Source: Octopus sinensis
Lineage: Eukaryota
Assembly (NCBI RefSeq): GCF_006345805.1
Contig: NC_043000.1
Coordinates: 41,044,001 to 41,108,000, forward strand
Direction of reading: 5' to 3'
Length of the DNA stretch: 64,000 bases
The translations under genes were made by a program, and so were the position numbers. This document shows positions 11,135-25,489 of the stretch, in pieces; position 1 is the first letter of the stretch; each line of letters opens with the position of its first letter. Below the pieces are notes generated by a model, which made no database searches, was not told the origin of the DNA, and worked only from the letters and a program-made list of their open reading frames with translations.

Positions 11135-11620
11135 TATTCATTTAGACAGCGACCATGCTGGGACACCACCTTGAAGAATATGTAGTCGAATGAACCGACC
11201 CCAGTATTGTTTTAAAGCCAGGTACTTATTCTAACTTCTCTTTTGTCGAACCGCTACATTACGGGTACGTAGAAACACCAACACCGGTTGTCTAGTGGTG
11301 GTGGAGGACAAACCACACACACATACACACACAGACACACCCCCACACACACACACGCGCGCGCGCACGCACAAATACACACTCATATACAAATGGCTTC
11401 TAGTTTCTTTCATTTTCCGTCTAAACACAGAGAGGACAAACAAGGACAGACAAACGGATTAAGTCGATTCTATCGACCCCAGGGCATAATTGGTACTTAT
11501 TTAATCGACCCCAAAAGGATGAAAGGCAAAGTCGACCTCGGCGGAATTTGAACTCAGAACGTAGCGGCAGACGAAATACCGCGAAACATTTCGCCCAGCG
11601 TATTAACGATTCTGCCAGAT
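11135..11620 (-). mobile_element. Degraded SINE B 3' part fused to a SINE A copy
   Basis: accatgctgggacaccacc...ccggttgtc (B) then aaacacagagaggacaaacaagg...cgattctgccag (A). Confidence 0.8.
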
Positions 11621-12418
11621 GCCGATGGTGATATTGATGATGATGACGAGACTACTACTGGTGCAGAGGATGATGATAATAATGATGATGATGGTGATGG
11701 CGGTGATGACGGTGATGGCGGCGAAAAATTTGGAATGCAAAGGATGATAGCGTTCGACACAAAAGAAACCAATCCTTTAATCTTTCACAAAACATCTTCA
11801 CATCAAACACGAATAAATTGAAACATCTTCAATGCAATGTTATTTTTTTTTCATATTAACGTCGACACGAAGAATGAAAAGAAACAAGATCAAAATTATT
11901 GTAGTAGTAGTAGTAGTAGTAGTAGTAGGATAGTAGTAGAAGCTGTTGTTACTGTTTATCATTATTATCACCGCCATTAACATTTTCATCATCCTCAACA
12001 TTATACTCCACCTCCTCTTCGTCGTCGTGATCATCAGCATCATTGTTATCATCATCATGATCATAACCCCCACCAAGACCAACATTATCACCACCACCAT
12101 CAACGTCATCAGCATCACCATCCTTCTCCTCGTACTTCTTCTCCTCCCCAAAGTTATCCTCATCACCACAACCACCTACACCACCACCATCACCACCACA
12201 AATACCACCATCATCGTCATCACAACAACCACTACTACCACCATGAACATCAACCACATTACCATATTATTATTATTATATTATTATTACTATTATTATT
12301 ATTATTATATATTATTATTATATTATTATTATTATCATTATTATTATTATTATTATTATCATTATTATTATATTATTATATTATTATATTATTATATTAT
12401 TATTATTATTATTATTAT

Positions 12419-12461
<43 letters not shown>

Positions 12462-12515
12462 TGTGGTGGTGGTGGTGGTGGTGGTGGTAGCAGCAGCAGT
12501 GGCATCGACGGTGGT
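11620..12515. repeat. Compound trinucleotide low-complexity region (GAT, TAG, CAT/CAC, TAT, GTG)
   Basis: Direct reading; overlapping ORFs are homopolymeric amino-acid runs. Confidence 0.9.
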
Positions 12516-13564
12516 GACATTATTCAATATCGTTCGAGAACAATCTGAGCAGATGCTTTCAGGAAATCTTGTCGAGAGAGATTCAGTTAAGAGTGAAATT
12601 AGCTTTTCCAGTCTTTTCCAATCTGTTTGAGTTCTATTTTCATACAATCTACTTATTTAGTCATTTTGGAGATCTGAACAAGAAGAACAACAGCAGAACA
12701 ACAATAACGAAAATACGCACTACCAACCCGCTCGGAATTAAAATTTTTTTTTCATTATAAAATGCTTTTAATTTGAATAGATTTATAGCAAAAACTAGAA
12801 TTTCTACTCTATATAATGTTTTTTTTTTTAATACATATTTCAGTTATTTGTGTATATTATACACGATTATTCGCGTATACCTCGAAACATATGTACGGAT
12901 ATACAATAGAATATAAATTATATAATGTACATCGTATGCGTGTATATACATATGTATGTAAGTATGTATATACATATATATATATGTATGTATATATATA
13001 TATGTAAATATATATGTATATATATTATATATATATATATATTATAATATATATATATAATGTATGTTGAATGTATGTGTGTATATATAAATACACACAT
13101 AAACTGTACCTTATATATGCGTATATAAAATGCATATGTACATATAGTGATATTAATGTTATATTATTATTATTATCATTAGTATTCGATGCATTGTAGG
13201 AAATTAAGTTTCTAAAGGCTGTAAGCTTTCACAGGTTAGATACGACGTTTCAAGTGAAATAGAAAACAGCACCTTGTGATAAGAATTATTTAATTGCTAA
13301 ATATATAACATACAAAAATAAACCTCTTCCACAAAAGCCTTACCATTTGTTAGGGTAATCATCATGAACAATATCCATACCATTGTATGTATGTATATAT
13401 GTATGTATATATGCATGTATGTATCTACTTACGTAATCATATATGTAAGTATATATACATGAATGTATAAATGTTTTATATATATGTACACACACATATA
13501 CATATATATATGTATTATATATATATATATTATATATATATTATATATATATGTATGTATGTGT

Positions 13565-14163
13565 ATTAGAAAAAACACAAATGGGGGTTTAAAATTCACA
13601 ACAGCTGTTCTAGCAACATTTTATTGATGTATTTTCAGATTACATTATGACAAAAATCTATCATCTTCAGGTGATTTTAACCAGAGTGGTGAGGTAGAAA
13701 ATTTTTATTTGACTAGCTCACCACATTACATAGAGAAGCTACTTGCAATTTACTCAAACGCTGGGCATACAGATATAAAAAGGTAAAGAGTTAAGCAAGA
13801 TTTAATTTATTTTCCTTTGGAATTTTCAAAGACCACTATACAAAAGATGATATCTCCAATACGTCTGGCTAGGCTGCAGCCAATGCCTGAAACGAGTAAA
13901 AAATAAAATATAAATAAATATAGATTGGTTATAGGATTGAATAGAATCTAGGTACAACAACATGTAGGACGCCAATAATGGCTAATAATAAGCTAGGGTT
14001 CACAGTGAGATCAAACAACAGTTGAGGTATCAAGTGTTGGTAGTATGATATAGATATTTAAGTATCAGATTCATAAATCATTCTCGGGGTTGGTTCTAGG
14101 TGTAGCGTAAGTATAAAAAGAACACAAATTGGGTTTAAAATTTTAAATCCCATTCTTATTCTT
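13565..14163 (-). mobile_element. Penelope-like pseudo-LTR remnant
   Basis: aacacaaatgggggtttaaaatt at 13575 repeated at 14121, where it folds back into an imperfect palindrome; degenerate ctgaagatga ribozyme-like motif at 13640-13672; microsatellite flanks. Confidence 0.45.
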
Positions 14164-14271
14164 GACACACACACACGCACACCCATACGTTGTATATTCT
14201 ATGTATGTTTGAGTGTATATACATACATGTATACATACGTATATATATATATACATATATATACATACATA

Positions 14272-14342
<71 letters not shown>

Positions 14343-14649
14343 CTTAATATTTCACTTAGGCATTGCGATACGTATATCCTGGTTGTAGAACTCAATATAC
14401 AATGCTTCAGAACGAAGCGGAGGTCGAGGATAGGAAATGAGATGGTGAAAGAATAAACAATTATCTTATGAACTCTATTAACTTAGAGCCAGCACTTATA
14501 CAACCATCACTCCAACAACTACCTGTTAGTGCAAATGTACGCGCATCAGAATACTCAAAAATTTCCGATTTCGAAAGTAGAGATATACTGAGCATCTATA
14601 ACAACCACCGAAAATATTGAAAGAAATGTTATCACAGACACAGATCTTA

Positions 14650-15150
14650 TCGAATCTCAGGATAAATACATTAAACATCGCGCGTTTGGATAAAAGACAT
14701 ATAGGGAAATTTTCATATCATTTTGTCAATTCAAATGAAAATTCGGGGATTGAAATGGATCACATTCAGTATAGATGTCTAAGCCATTGGTTACTTTCAC
14801 AGATCCTGAATCTTTAGTCCATAACTGAAATGTTCTTAATCGTGTTACTAGATGGTCAATATCAGATATCATCTGCTTGTCGTCATCAGAAAACTTTCTT
14901 TCTGAACATTTTTCATATAACCAACAAGCAACGGTTTATTGAATCAAACTTACGGCAGAAAGACTCAGCAAGCACCGTCGAGTTACCTCTTGATTCCATG
15001 CATGCCTTTGGTGCTTTTCTCATACACTATAACAATAAAGCTAGCAATAATCATATCTCTGCCTTCATCAAATATATGATCCATGGTGACCAATGAGAAT
15101 CAAGCTAGCTACTTGGGTTACGGACGCATAGGTTCATCCATTTTAAACTA
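14650..15150 (+). mobile_element. Highly degraded LINE RT remnant (CR1/L2 group?)
   Basis: Fragments resembling AFDK and FLIVLLDGQ (cf. IRVVLDGQSS); many stops. Confidence 0.3.
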
Positions 15151-15307
15151 ACGTGAAGCTCAGAGTATCGTCGACATATTCCTAAGAAACAAACTCCATA
15201 GCATTTATTGAATACCTTTCTGCCATTTGTAAGCATGTGTATATATATATATGTATATGTGTGTGTGTGCGAGTGTGTGTGTGTATTTGTGTGTGTGTGT
15301 GTTTGTT

Positions 15308-15357
<50 letters not shown>

Positions 15358-15476
15358 TGGTAAAACTATAGATGGTGGATGGCCACGTTAGCGGAAACGG
15401 TTCTATTTGTAATATGTCAATACCGTTGAAATCGCTAGTCGACAACCGATGAGGTAACTGACCAGTAGGACAAGCT

Positions 15477-15514
<38 letters not shown>

Positions 15515-15666
15515 CCTCGTAGTCGATGCTGAAGCTCTGTTAGTCGCTAGTTGGTGTTTCACATCTCTAATCCTCAATAATCTCGCTTGATAGGAATGTG
15601 AATATCCAGATAGCAGCTCACGTACATACCTAGAAACATACATACATACTTACATACAAACGTACA

Positions 15667-15697
<31 letters not shown>

Positions 15698-15710
15698 GTA
15701 TAGATATATA

Positions 15711-16972
15711 CAGGGTGCGTAAGATATTTGAGGACAGATTTATGTTTATAAAACAAGACAGATATATAATAACAGATAATATTTCCTCAAAAATGCTATG
15801 AGGATAAAAATAAACCTTCTTTTCTCTAATGTTATTCAATAAAGCCACATGCAGCTTCAACAACTGCTTCTATATGAGATCTAAACCCTTTATATGTTCG
15901 AATCAAGTGGTGCGGGTTCATTTTGAACATTACTCTGACTATGGTAGCTTTCAAAGAATCCTTGGTGTTATAGGCGTGTTCATTGACATCTCTCTCTACA
16001 ACGTTCCACATGTAATAGTCCAATGGATTGAGATCTGGTGAATTAGGAGACCAGATGTTAGGGGTTATGTGATCAAGAAAATTTCCAACCATCCATTCCT
16101 GTGTTACTAGAGCAATGTGTGATAGTGCAGAGTCTTATTGAAACACATATGACCGCCCATTGCATACACTGTCTATCCAGGGCTTAACAATTATTTCCAG
16201 GAACTCAATGTAGGCGGCAAAGTTTACTCTAAGGCCTTGTGGAAAGAAGTAAGGATGCATCACATGTCCTTCATTGCTGACAACCCCTAAAACCATGACA
16301 GTTGCAGGAAATTTTGTATGCATAACCCTTGGAACATCAGAAGGGTGTGCACATAACCATCTGTCATTTCTTCTGTTAATTTTTTGATCTTGGTCGAAGT
16401 TTTTCTTGTTTGAGAGAAACCAAATCAAATCTTCTGCTGGATTTTTCAGTTTGTTTAAGAGCCTTTTAGATCTGATGTAGTGATTTTCTTTTGCTTTATC
16501 TCACAAATTGACCTTTCCTCATTATATAAGACTTAAATCTGATGTCTTCGTAGACAACATTTCTGACTGTTCCTTCTGACGCATGGAGATCTTTTGCAAT
16601 TGACCTCATGGACTTTCTGGGATTGTATTATAATCAATGATCTGCTGAACTTGCTGGATAAATTCAGGCGTGCTGATGATTTCAGAGCGTTTAGAATTCA
16701 TTTTATACTTTGATACTGGTGATACGTTTCCAGTTTCAGTCTCTAGTTCCCTACAAACTTTGTAGACGAAAGATCTGGCAACATTTAAAATTCGAGGTAT
16801 TTCTAAATCGCTATGTTCAGCCTTTATAACTACAATAACAGCATGCCTCTTCATTTCTTGAGTAAGCTGACGGTCCGCCATTATTATTTTCTGAAAGAAA
16901 GATTACACAAAGTTACCAAAAATTGCAGCAATGACCCAAAAAGGTGTGTCCTCACATATCTTACGCACCCTG
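15711..16972 (-). mobile_element. Tc1/mariner transposon, DD37D (maT-like), full length but defective
   Basis: TIRs cagggtgcgtaagatatttgaggaca / tgtcctcacatatcttacgcaccctg; transposase pieces 16881-15832; FQ*DSALSH...WSPNSPDLNPLDYYMW with 37 residues between the second and third D; stops and frameshifts. Confidence 0.95.
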
Positions 16973-16984
16973 TGTATATATATA

Positions 16985-17352
16985 TTCTTTTATTATTTTA
17001 ATTGCTTCAGCCATTTCACTGCAGCTATGTTGGAGAGAGGCCTTAAAGAGCGTTAGTCGAAGAAATCGACTCAGGACTTATTCTTTGGAAGCCTAGTTCT
17101 TATTCTATCCGTCTCTTTTACATCCCCGAGTTACGGGGATGTAAACACACCAGCATCGGTTGCCAAGCGACTGTCACACACACACATACATATACACGAC
17201 GGACTTCTTTCAGTTTCCGTCTACCAAATCTACTCACAAACCTTGGTCGGCCCGAGGCTACAGTAGAAGACACTTGCTATAGGTGTCACGCCGTGAGACT
17301 GAGCATGAAACCATGTAGTTGTGAAGCAAGCTTCTTACCACACAGCCACGCG
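16985..17352 (-). mobile_element. SINE family B
   Basis: ggacttattctttggaagcctag, ttctttcagtttccgtctaccaaatc, cttcttaccacacagccacg. Confidence 0.85.
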
Positions 17353-17799
17353 GGTGTATATAAAATTCAGGGGCTATTAGTGTAGAAAATTACGTGTCGA
17401 TGTACTTCGCAAGGCATATTTTTATTCGGCTAAACAAAATATTTTTCAATTGAATACCATGAAATACTTTCCCTGAGCATATTTGATTGGGAAATAACTA
17501 ATTATGAATTAATTAAAACTGTGACAAAAGTCTGTATAAGTAAAATAAGTCGGGTATACCGGGAGAAAGAAGACGTACATGGCTGTATATGTATGCGTGT
17601 ATGTGTGCGTGCACGCGTGTGTATTTGTGTGTGTTTCTGTGTGGGGTGGGACTGTCTTTGTGTGAGTGTGTGTGTACGTGTGTGTTTGTGCGTTTGTGTG
17701 CGTGCACGCGCGCGTGTCTCTCTCTGTGCAAATACATTAATATAAATATATTCTAAATGTATTCATTCATATACAGATACATACCTATTTAGATTTTCA

Positions 17800-17891
<92 letters not shown>

Positions 17892-17918
17892 ATAGATAGA
17901 TAGATAGATAGATAGATG

Positions 17919-17958
<40 letters not shown>

Positions 17959-17988
17959 TGCATATATATATATATATATATATATATG

Positions 17989-18033
<45 letters not shown>

Positions 18034-18109
18034 TTTGAGTCAATACAGAATTACAGATAATATTTATGGAAGAACAAATATATAGTGCGTGTATTTATTT
18101 GGCCAAAAT

Positions 18110-18195
18110 AAAAAAAAAAGTTACCGTCCCGAAATACAACAATATATGTTTCAACACACGATTTCACATCAGGAATCTTGCAACACAATTGATAG
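18110..18195 (+). repeat. Dispersed repeat fragment, second copy at 25200-25282
   Basis: accgtcccgaaatacaacaatatatgtttcaacacac...gaatcttgcaa vs accctccccaaatataacaatatctgcttcagtacac...gaatcttgcaa. Confidence 0.65.
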
Positions 18196-18211
18196 ACGTA
18201 TATAAATATAA

Positions 18212-18257
<46 letters not shown>

Positions 18258-18362
18258 ATATATATATATATAAAAGATATATATATATAAATATAAATAT
18301 ATATATAAATATAAATATATATATATATAATATATATTATATTATATATATTATTGTGTATG

Positions 18363-18409
<47 letters not shown>

Positions 18410-20125
18410 TACATATTTATATACATAGTTACCTACATAAATGTATATTAATATATTAATATATAAACGTTTCTGCGTGTGTGTACACACGCACAGACAC
18501 ACATGCACAAACACACACAAATACACGGAGATGAAGAGAAGTAGGGTGTGAAGGGAAGAGAAGGGAAGGGAAGAAGTTAGTCCTTTGTGTATGGTGGTGG
18601 TGTTGGTGGAAAGCTTACAGTATATGTGACAATTATGAACACAATGTATCATTAATAAATTATCAAACAATCTTTAGTGGTGTAGGGTGGGGTAAACAGT
18701 AATCATGAGAATGACCTCAGCTCCTGCCCCTATTAAGCTAAGGGCAATTATGAACCCACTTCCTTCCTATTACGTTCCCCAACTCCAAACTCCGACAGCC
18801 ACCGTATTCTAAAGAAAATAAAGATGACAGCTCACTGAACATCTGCATTAAATTGTAAAATTTAGTTTTTGTCGTGATGATGATGAAGGTTTTGAGGTTC
18901 CGAGAGTTGAGACAGCAAAGTGTTTTATATGTAGGTGGAAGAAAGTAGTCAAGCCGTTTACTTTAGACTTTTTGGAACCATCTTTCGGAAGTGGTATTGT
19001 TATTTTGTTTCTGTTATTGTTTAGACCTCGGTTAGTCTTCCTTGAATAGACCCATTTATAAAGCCACTCCATCCATGCCCATTCCTTTTTCTTAGAAACA
19101 AATTAAGATTCAATTGTCCTGTAAGACATATATACAATGGTATGGTGTAATTTGAGACACATTTCGGCTGCTACTCTTTGCAGGTAGAGGTATTTGTTAC
19201 AAGTTACCTTGTTGGTTTGTTATTATTTGTTGTTGCTGCTATTGTTTCCCTTATTCACGTTGTTATTGTTGTGATTACTGTTACTATTGTTATTGTTGAT
19301 TTAGTGTTATTCGTTTGAGTATATTTATGACGTGTGATCATTACTACAAGGAACTTTGCTAAGAACGAAGGCGCATCACAAATCCAAGAACAAACTGAAA
19401 TTGCACAAGAAACTTTAGGGGTGCATGACTCAGCAAGTATCTTTTCTGTTTGACTGCAACTCTGGAAATTTCAAAGTTTATTGAAAATTTTAAAATTTGG
19501 TGTATTAATGGAATTTTCCAAGCTGAATCTCAGGAACGATTTCACTTTTTCTAAAAAAAATATTTTAAAATAGTTATAGAGTTTTAAAGTTTGATCATTT
19601 TTACCCAGTCGGAAAAAAGCATGTGCTCTCAACTGTAAACAAATGAAATATTGGCAGATTTCTGTTTTATGCATGCCATATAACCTCTCATATCTGGGGG
19701 TTCTTTTTTAAATTCAGAAGGATTTTAGTAATTTCTATTCTACACACGAAAATTAACACGATTATGCGATACAAATACAAAAAATTTGGGGATGCGTGAT
19801 TTAAGGCCTATTTAGCTGTTATATTTAGAGCGTTTCACCACCACCTGAATGAATAGAATATATTTGTCAACACGTGCTTTTTCGTAGACAAAAGAGTTCT
19901 CATGTTTGGTTGTTGCTACGGAAACAGGCATGAATGTGTCTGTGTCTTACGATTGGCTAAAATTACTCAAAATTTTCGAAATTTAAAACTATTAGCTCTT
20001 TAGTTATTGATGTAAGGCGAAAATGAACTTCATGGCTTTGTTTAGCATATAAAACTATATCATTACACAGACTATGAAATCAATTCGAACAGAAATTGAA
20101 GATATTGAAAATTGGTAACGAAACA

Positions 20126-20156
<31 letters not shown>

Positions 20157-20384
20157 TAATATATATAATAGATATAATATATATATATATATATGTGGTG
20201 TGTGTGGTGTGTGTGTGTAGTATTTATGTATGTGGGGATGGGAGGTAGCAACCAAAGGGGACAGGATGCGGTCAGGTATTTGGAAATGATTCAGTGATTA
20301 TTGGGTTTTTGTTTGATATATATATATATATATATGATATATATATATTAAAAAAGGAGATGTCGAACACGAGTGGTGATATAT

Positions 20385-20433
<49 letters not shown>

Positions 20434-20886
20434 GCCCTGAAACTCGGCCTTTGGTAATTTTGTAATTAGAAGTTAAAAATATTAATATACCTATGTATTA
20501 TTGCTACTACAGTTTTCAACTACATGCATACATACATTCATACATACGTACATACATATATTCATACATACATACATACATACAAATAGAATACATGCAA
20601 ACATACATGTATACGTACATATATATATATGTGTATACACACACGCATAAACGTACATATATATATATGCACACAAACACACACGTGTGTGTGTGCTTGT
20701 ATTTGCGAGTATGTGCTTGTGTATGTGTGTGTACGTATAAAAACAAAAATAGGAATATACGGTACCATTTTCATTTCGTGTTATAGTTGTTTCCTTAGGA
20801 GATGGAAAATACATTTTATGAATATAAATATTAATATTATTAACAATATAGATGTAGTTACATAAAAGATATATATACCTGCATAC

Positions 20887-21275
20887 ATAATCATATAGGT
20901 TATCTCCAATGACAAATTTTCTGACAAAAACTCGAAATAATTTTGGCAGGTGTCCTGCATATTTTGTACATGCAAGTATGTTTCTATTATGAGCTTTATT
21001 ATATTTATATTGTTATTAATATTAAAATTTATACTCATAAAATGTATTCACAATCTTTTAAGGATACACGTATATCACAGAATTCAAATGCTATCTCATA
21101 TTCCAGTCTTTGATTTAATACGTACTTATTCTGCAATTATCATAATTCATCCGGAATCTCAATTTATACATATGATTTCGTTTAAAATAAAACACCAGCA
21201 TTAAATGATTTGTACAAATATACATGAAGGTGCTATTTTTAATGAGAACTACTGGATTACTTGAATCCATATATT

Positions 21276-21316
<41 letters not shown>

Positions 21317-21375
21317 CTATCTATCTATCTATTTATCTATCTATCTAATTATCCGTCTACCTATCTATTTCTCTC

Positions 21376-21407
<32 letters not shown>

Positions 21408-21763
21408 CTCTCCTCTATAATATATATATATATTATAAATATATATATATATATATATTGCAACATTTTCAATAGTCTTGACTCTTGAAAATAAGTGAAA
21501 CTTTTAGAAACAAGTGGAAATTTTACCGGTGAGTGTGTTACATTATAAGGCACAAAAAAAAGATGACTCTCCCCAGTCACAACAGAATAATGTTATATAA
21601 TTCCCATATTAATCCTATACAAAAGCGGAGTTTTACATGTTTATCCAATCTTCGAAAATATCCAGCTGTAAAAAGGCATTTGATAGCCAGTGACTCTATA
21701 GGAGCGTTCGTATACACGTTATGAGGTTATTGCCTAGATTATATCATACTGTGTGTGTATATG

Positions 21764-21797
<34 letters not shown>

Positions 21798-21884
21798 CGT
21801 ATATATTATATATATATATATATATGATAGAGAGAGAGAGAGAGATAGTAGATGACAGGTAGATAGATAGGATATGTGTGTATA

Positions 21885-21932
<48 letters not shown>

Positions 21933-22327
21933 TAATATATATACGTATATCACAATATATGGATGTGAAGTAATCCAGTAGTTCTTAAAAAAAGACCTTC
22001 ATGTATCTTTGTACAAATCATTTAATGCCGGTGTTTTATTTTAAACGAGATCATATGTATAAATTGAGAGCCCGGATGAATTATGATATTTGCAGAATAA
22101 GTACGTATTAAAACAAAGACTGGAATATGAATTCTGTGATATACGTGTCTCCTAAAATGATTGTGAATGCACTTTATGAGTATAAATTTTAATATTAATA
22201 ACAATGTAAATATAATAAAGCTCATAATAGAAACGTACTTGCATGTACAAAATATGCAGGACACCTGCCAAAATTATTTTGAGTTTTTGTCAGAAAATTT
22301 GTCATTGGAGATAACCTATATGATTAT
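20887..22327. repeat. Large inverted repeat (unique arms about 20887-21281 and 21948-22327, continuing into mirrored microsatellites)
   Basis: Mirror ORFs [19 protein letters not shown] on both strands; roughly 90% identity with a 15-bp indel; unique spacer about 21458-21750. Confidence 0.95.
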
Positions 22328-22425
22328 ATATGTACGTATGTATGTATGTATGTATGTATTTATGTATGTATGTATGTATGTGTATATATATTTATATATA
22401 TATGTATATATATATATATATATAA

Positions 22426-22462
<37 letters not shown>

Positions 22463-22904
22463 CATATATATTGTATATGGTGGTTATTTACTCCTTATGC
22501 AGAGTTAGAACACCTCTTGTACTTACACATTAAATCCATCATGGTGGCGTTTGAAGTGGCTTTTTAAATTAGACAATGTATTGAAAAGTCAACCACATAG
22601 ATTGCATGCCTGATTTGGACACGCAAGATTTGCAGTTAAGTTCTGATCTTTGTGGATCATAAAATGTCTTTTGAAGCCACTGTCAGATTTGCAGACTTTA
22701 TAGCAAACACGTCATTGAAAGGTGTATATATATACATATATATATATACATACATACACACATACTTATATATATATACACACACATACATACATACATA
22801 CATACACACACACATACATACATACATACATACATAATAATCATACATACATACATACATACATACTACATACATACATGCATACATACATACATACATA
22901 CATA

Positions 22905-22993
<89 letters not shown>

Positions 22994-23397
22994 TATATAT
23001 TTGTAGTATTACATTGCTTTTTCTTTCGGAAAATTATAGAACTGCTTCGAAGCGCTCAGGCTTTAACTCGCGAAATATATAATTTGAAGAAAAACAAAAT
23101 TTTTATAATATCTTGTATTTATGACATACATTACAACAACAAATACATTAAAACGTTAAGAACATATTAAAAGTAGTATTTAAGAATATAATAGAAATGT
23201 ACATGAAAACATAAGCAAATTAAATTCGATATGTGGAGGAATATAGCGAATATAAGAAAACCTTATCAAAAATTAAAAATTTAGAATTAAAAATGAATAG
23301 TTAGAAATTATATTGATGGTAGTGAAAAACCCTTATCAGGAATTTAAAAGCCAGAAATATATATTTGTTTTAAGAGTTCTAAAGAAATTTATAACGG

Positions 23398-23497
23398 NNN
23401 NNNNNNNNNNNNNNNNNNNNNNNNNNNNNNNNNNNNNNNNNNNNNNNNNNNNNNNNNNNNNNNNNNNNNNNNNNNNNNNNNNNNNNNNNNNNNNNNN
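23398..23497. other. Assembly gap (100 N)
   Basis: Run of n. Confidence 1.
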
Positions 23498-23946
23498 AAA
23501 GTGTACAGCAGATTAACTGGTGCCACCAGATCGATGACAGGTTTCAGAAATAAATATATATATATATATACATATATATATTTCTGTATATATTATGTAG
23601 TTCATCACTACACTCCCACCACATTATACGTAGTCCATAGTTAGCCATCAAAAACTTAGGTGCCCTTCTTTATTTGTTTAATTTGATTTATATTTTTTTT
23701 AAGCTTCCCACTGTTCCACGGTTTATTTGGTTGATTGATTACCCGAATATTTGCCGCTCTGGTAGGTTTCTCAAAGAAAATTGCCGGAGAAACTAACTCA
23801 AATCACTGTGTTTTATCAATGATTACTAAGCTAAATTTATGAAAAAAAAATGCTGTTTTTATCACTTTCTTTTTATGCTTTCCCTCCCTTATTTTTGTTT
23901 GTTTGTTTGCCTGTTTGTTTGTTTCTTTCTATTTTCTTTCTCTCAC

Positions 23947-24028
<82 letters not shown>

Positions 24029-25378
24029 CTTTTTCTTTCTTTCTATCTATCTTTCTTTCTTTCCTTTTTCTTTCTTTCTTTCTTTCCTTTATTATTTTTC
24101 TTTCTTTCTTACTTTCTTTCCGTCCTTCCTTCCTTCTTTCTTTCATTCTTTCTTTCTTTTTTATACTTTCTTCGCTGTGGCTATAAATACACCGTCACCA
24201 TATACAGTTAGAAAAAGACAGTAAGTTGATGATATAATCTCAACAAATATTGGAACTGATCCAAATAATAAAATGATAGTTTTTCTGATCAACTATTTTT
24301 TTTTCTACCAGTAGAGAGATCGTACAAAAATGGTGGTCGTTTACGACTCGACAACGTATTTCATTAAATATAATTACGGAGCAAGAGTGGCTGAAATCTA
24401 TAAATTTATTCAATAGTGTTTTTATAGCACCAAAAGTGAAAACTGCGAACGCTTCAGGAATTTATTAATCGAAATAGTTGCGTTATTTGTGTAAATCGAT
24501 ATATGGGAGATTATAAAACCCTTAATAATGGTTCGCAATAGAAAATCACGGTAATTAATTACTGAGGAAACCTCAATAAAGATGGAAACTTGTCTAAGTG
24601 ACCCATCTCCTTTTTCAGTCTACAATCAGATTGTTTGAAACGACAGTCGTTTACAGCTGCTCAGTGTATTAAATCGGATGAATTAATATAACCCGTGAAA
24701 CGTTATAAAAATTCTGTACGTTTATACTACAGTATATTATTGCATCAAAAACGACATTTACGAATTACATATAGCATCAGAAACAACGTATATTTACATC
24801 CAACCTTACTCATATAAGAATGAAATTTCAGCTGTAGACCTTTTCCTGAGAAACACTAAACAGATGTATAATACAACTTGTTCTCTCGAAACATACAGAA
24901 AAATACGGGAAATTGTTTTGACTTGCTTTCCAATTTGTTAACTAATCGTCAGAAGAGAAGCACCTTTCATACCTTTTATATCCTTTATATCCTTTTATAT
25001 AGCTATGTGGCAAGAAGCTTATATACAATTATATGCGACGGGCTTCTCCTTTCCGTCAACCAAATTCATTCAGAAGGACGCGCAAAGGGACTGAACCTGG
25101 AACCATGTGGTTAGAAGCAAGCTTCTTACCACATGGCCACGCCTGTGCCTGTATTAAACAATAAAGCTATAGTGAAGATCAAATAAATTGTGAGTTTGTT
25201 TACTGACAAACTGACCCTCCCCAAATATAACAATATCTGCTTCAGTACACATTTCGCAACAAGAATCTTGCAAAACAAATGCATAACCGTATACATACAT
25301 ACATACATACATACATACATACATTCATACATATATATATATATACATATACACACACACAAACACACACACACACAT

Positions 25379-25478
<100 letters not shown>

Positions 25479-25489
25479 TAAATATAGGA

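Noticed and set aside
11946-12548. 200-aa ORF
   Set aside because: Translation of trinucleotide low-complexity tracts
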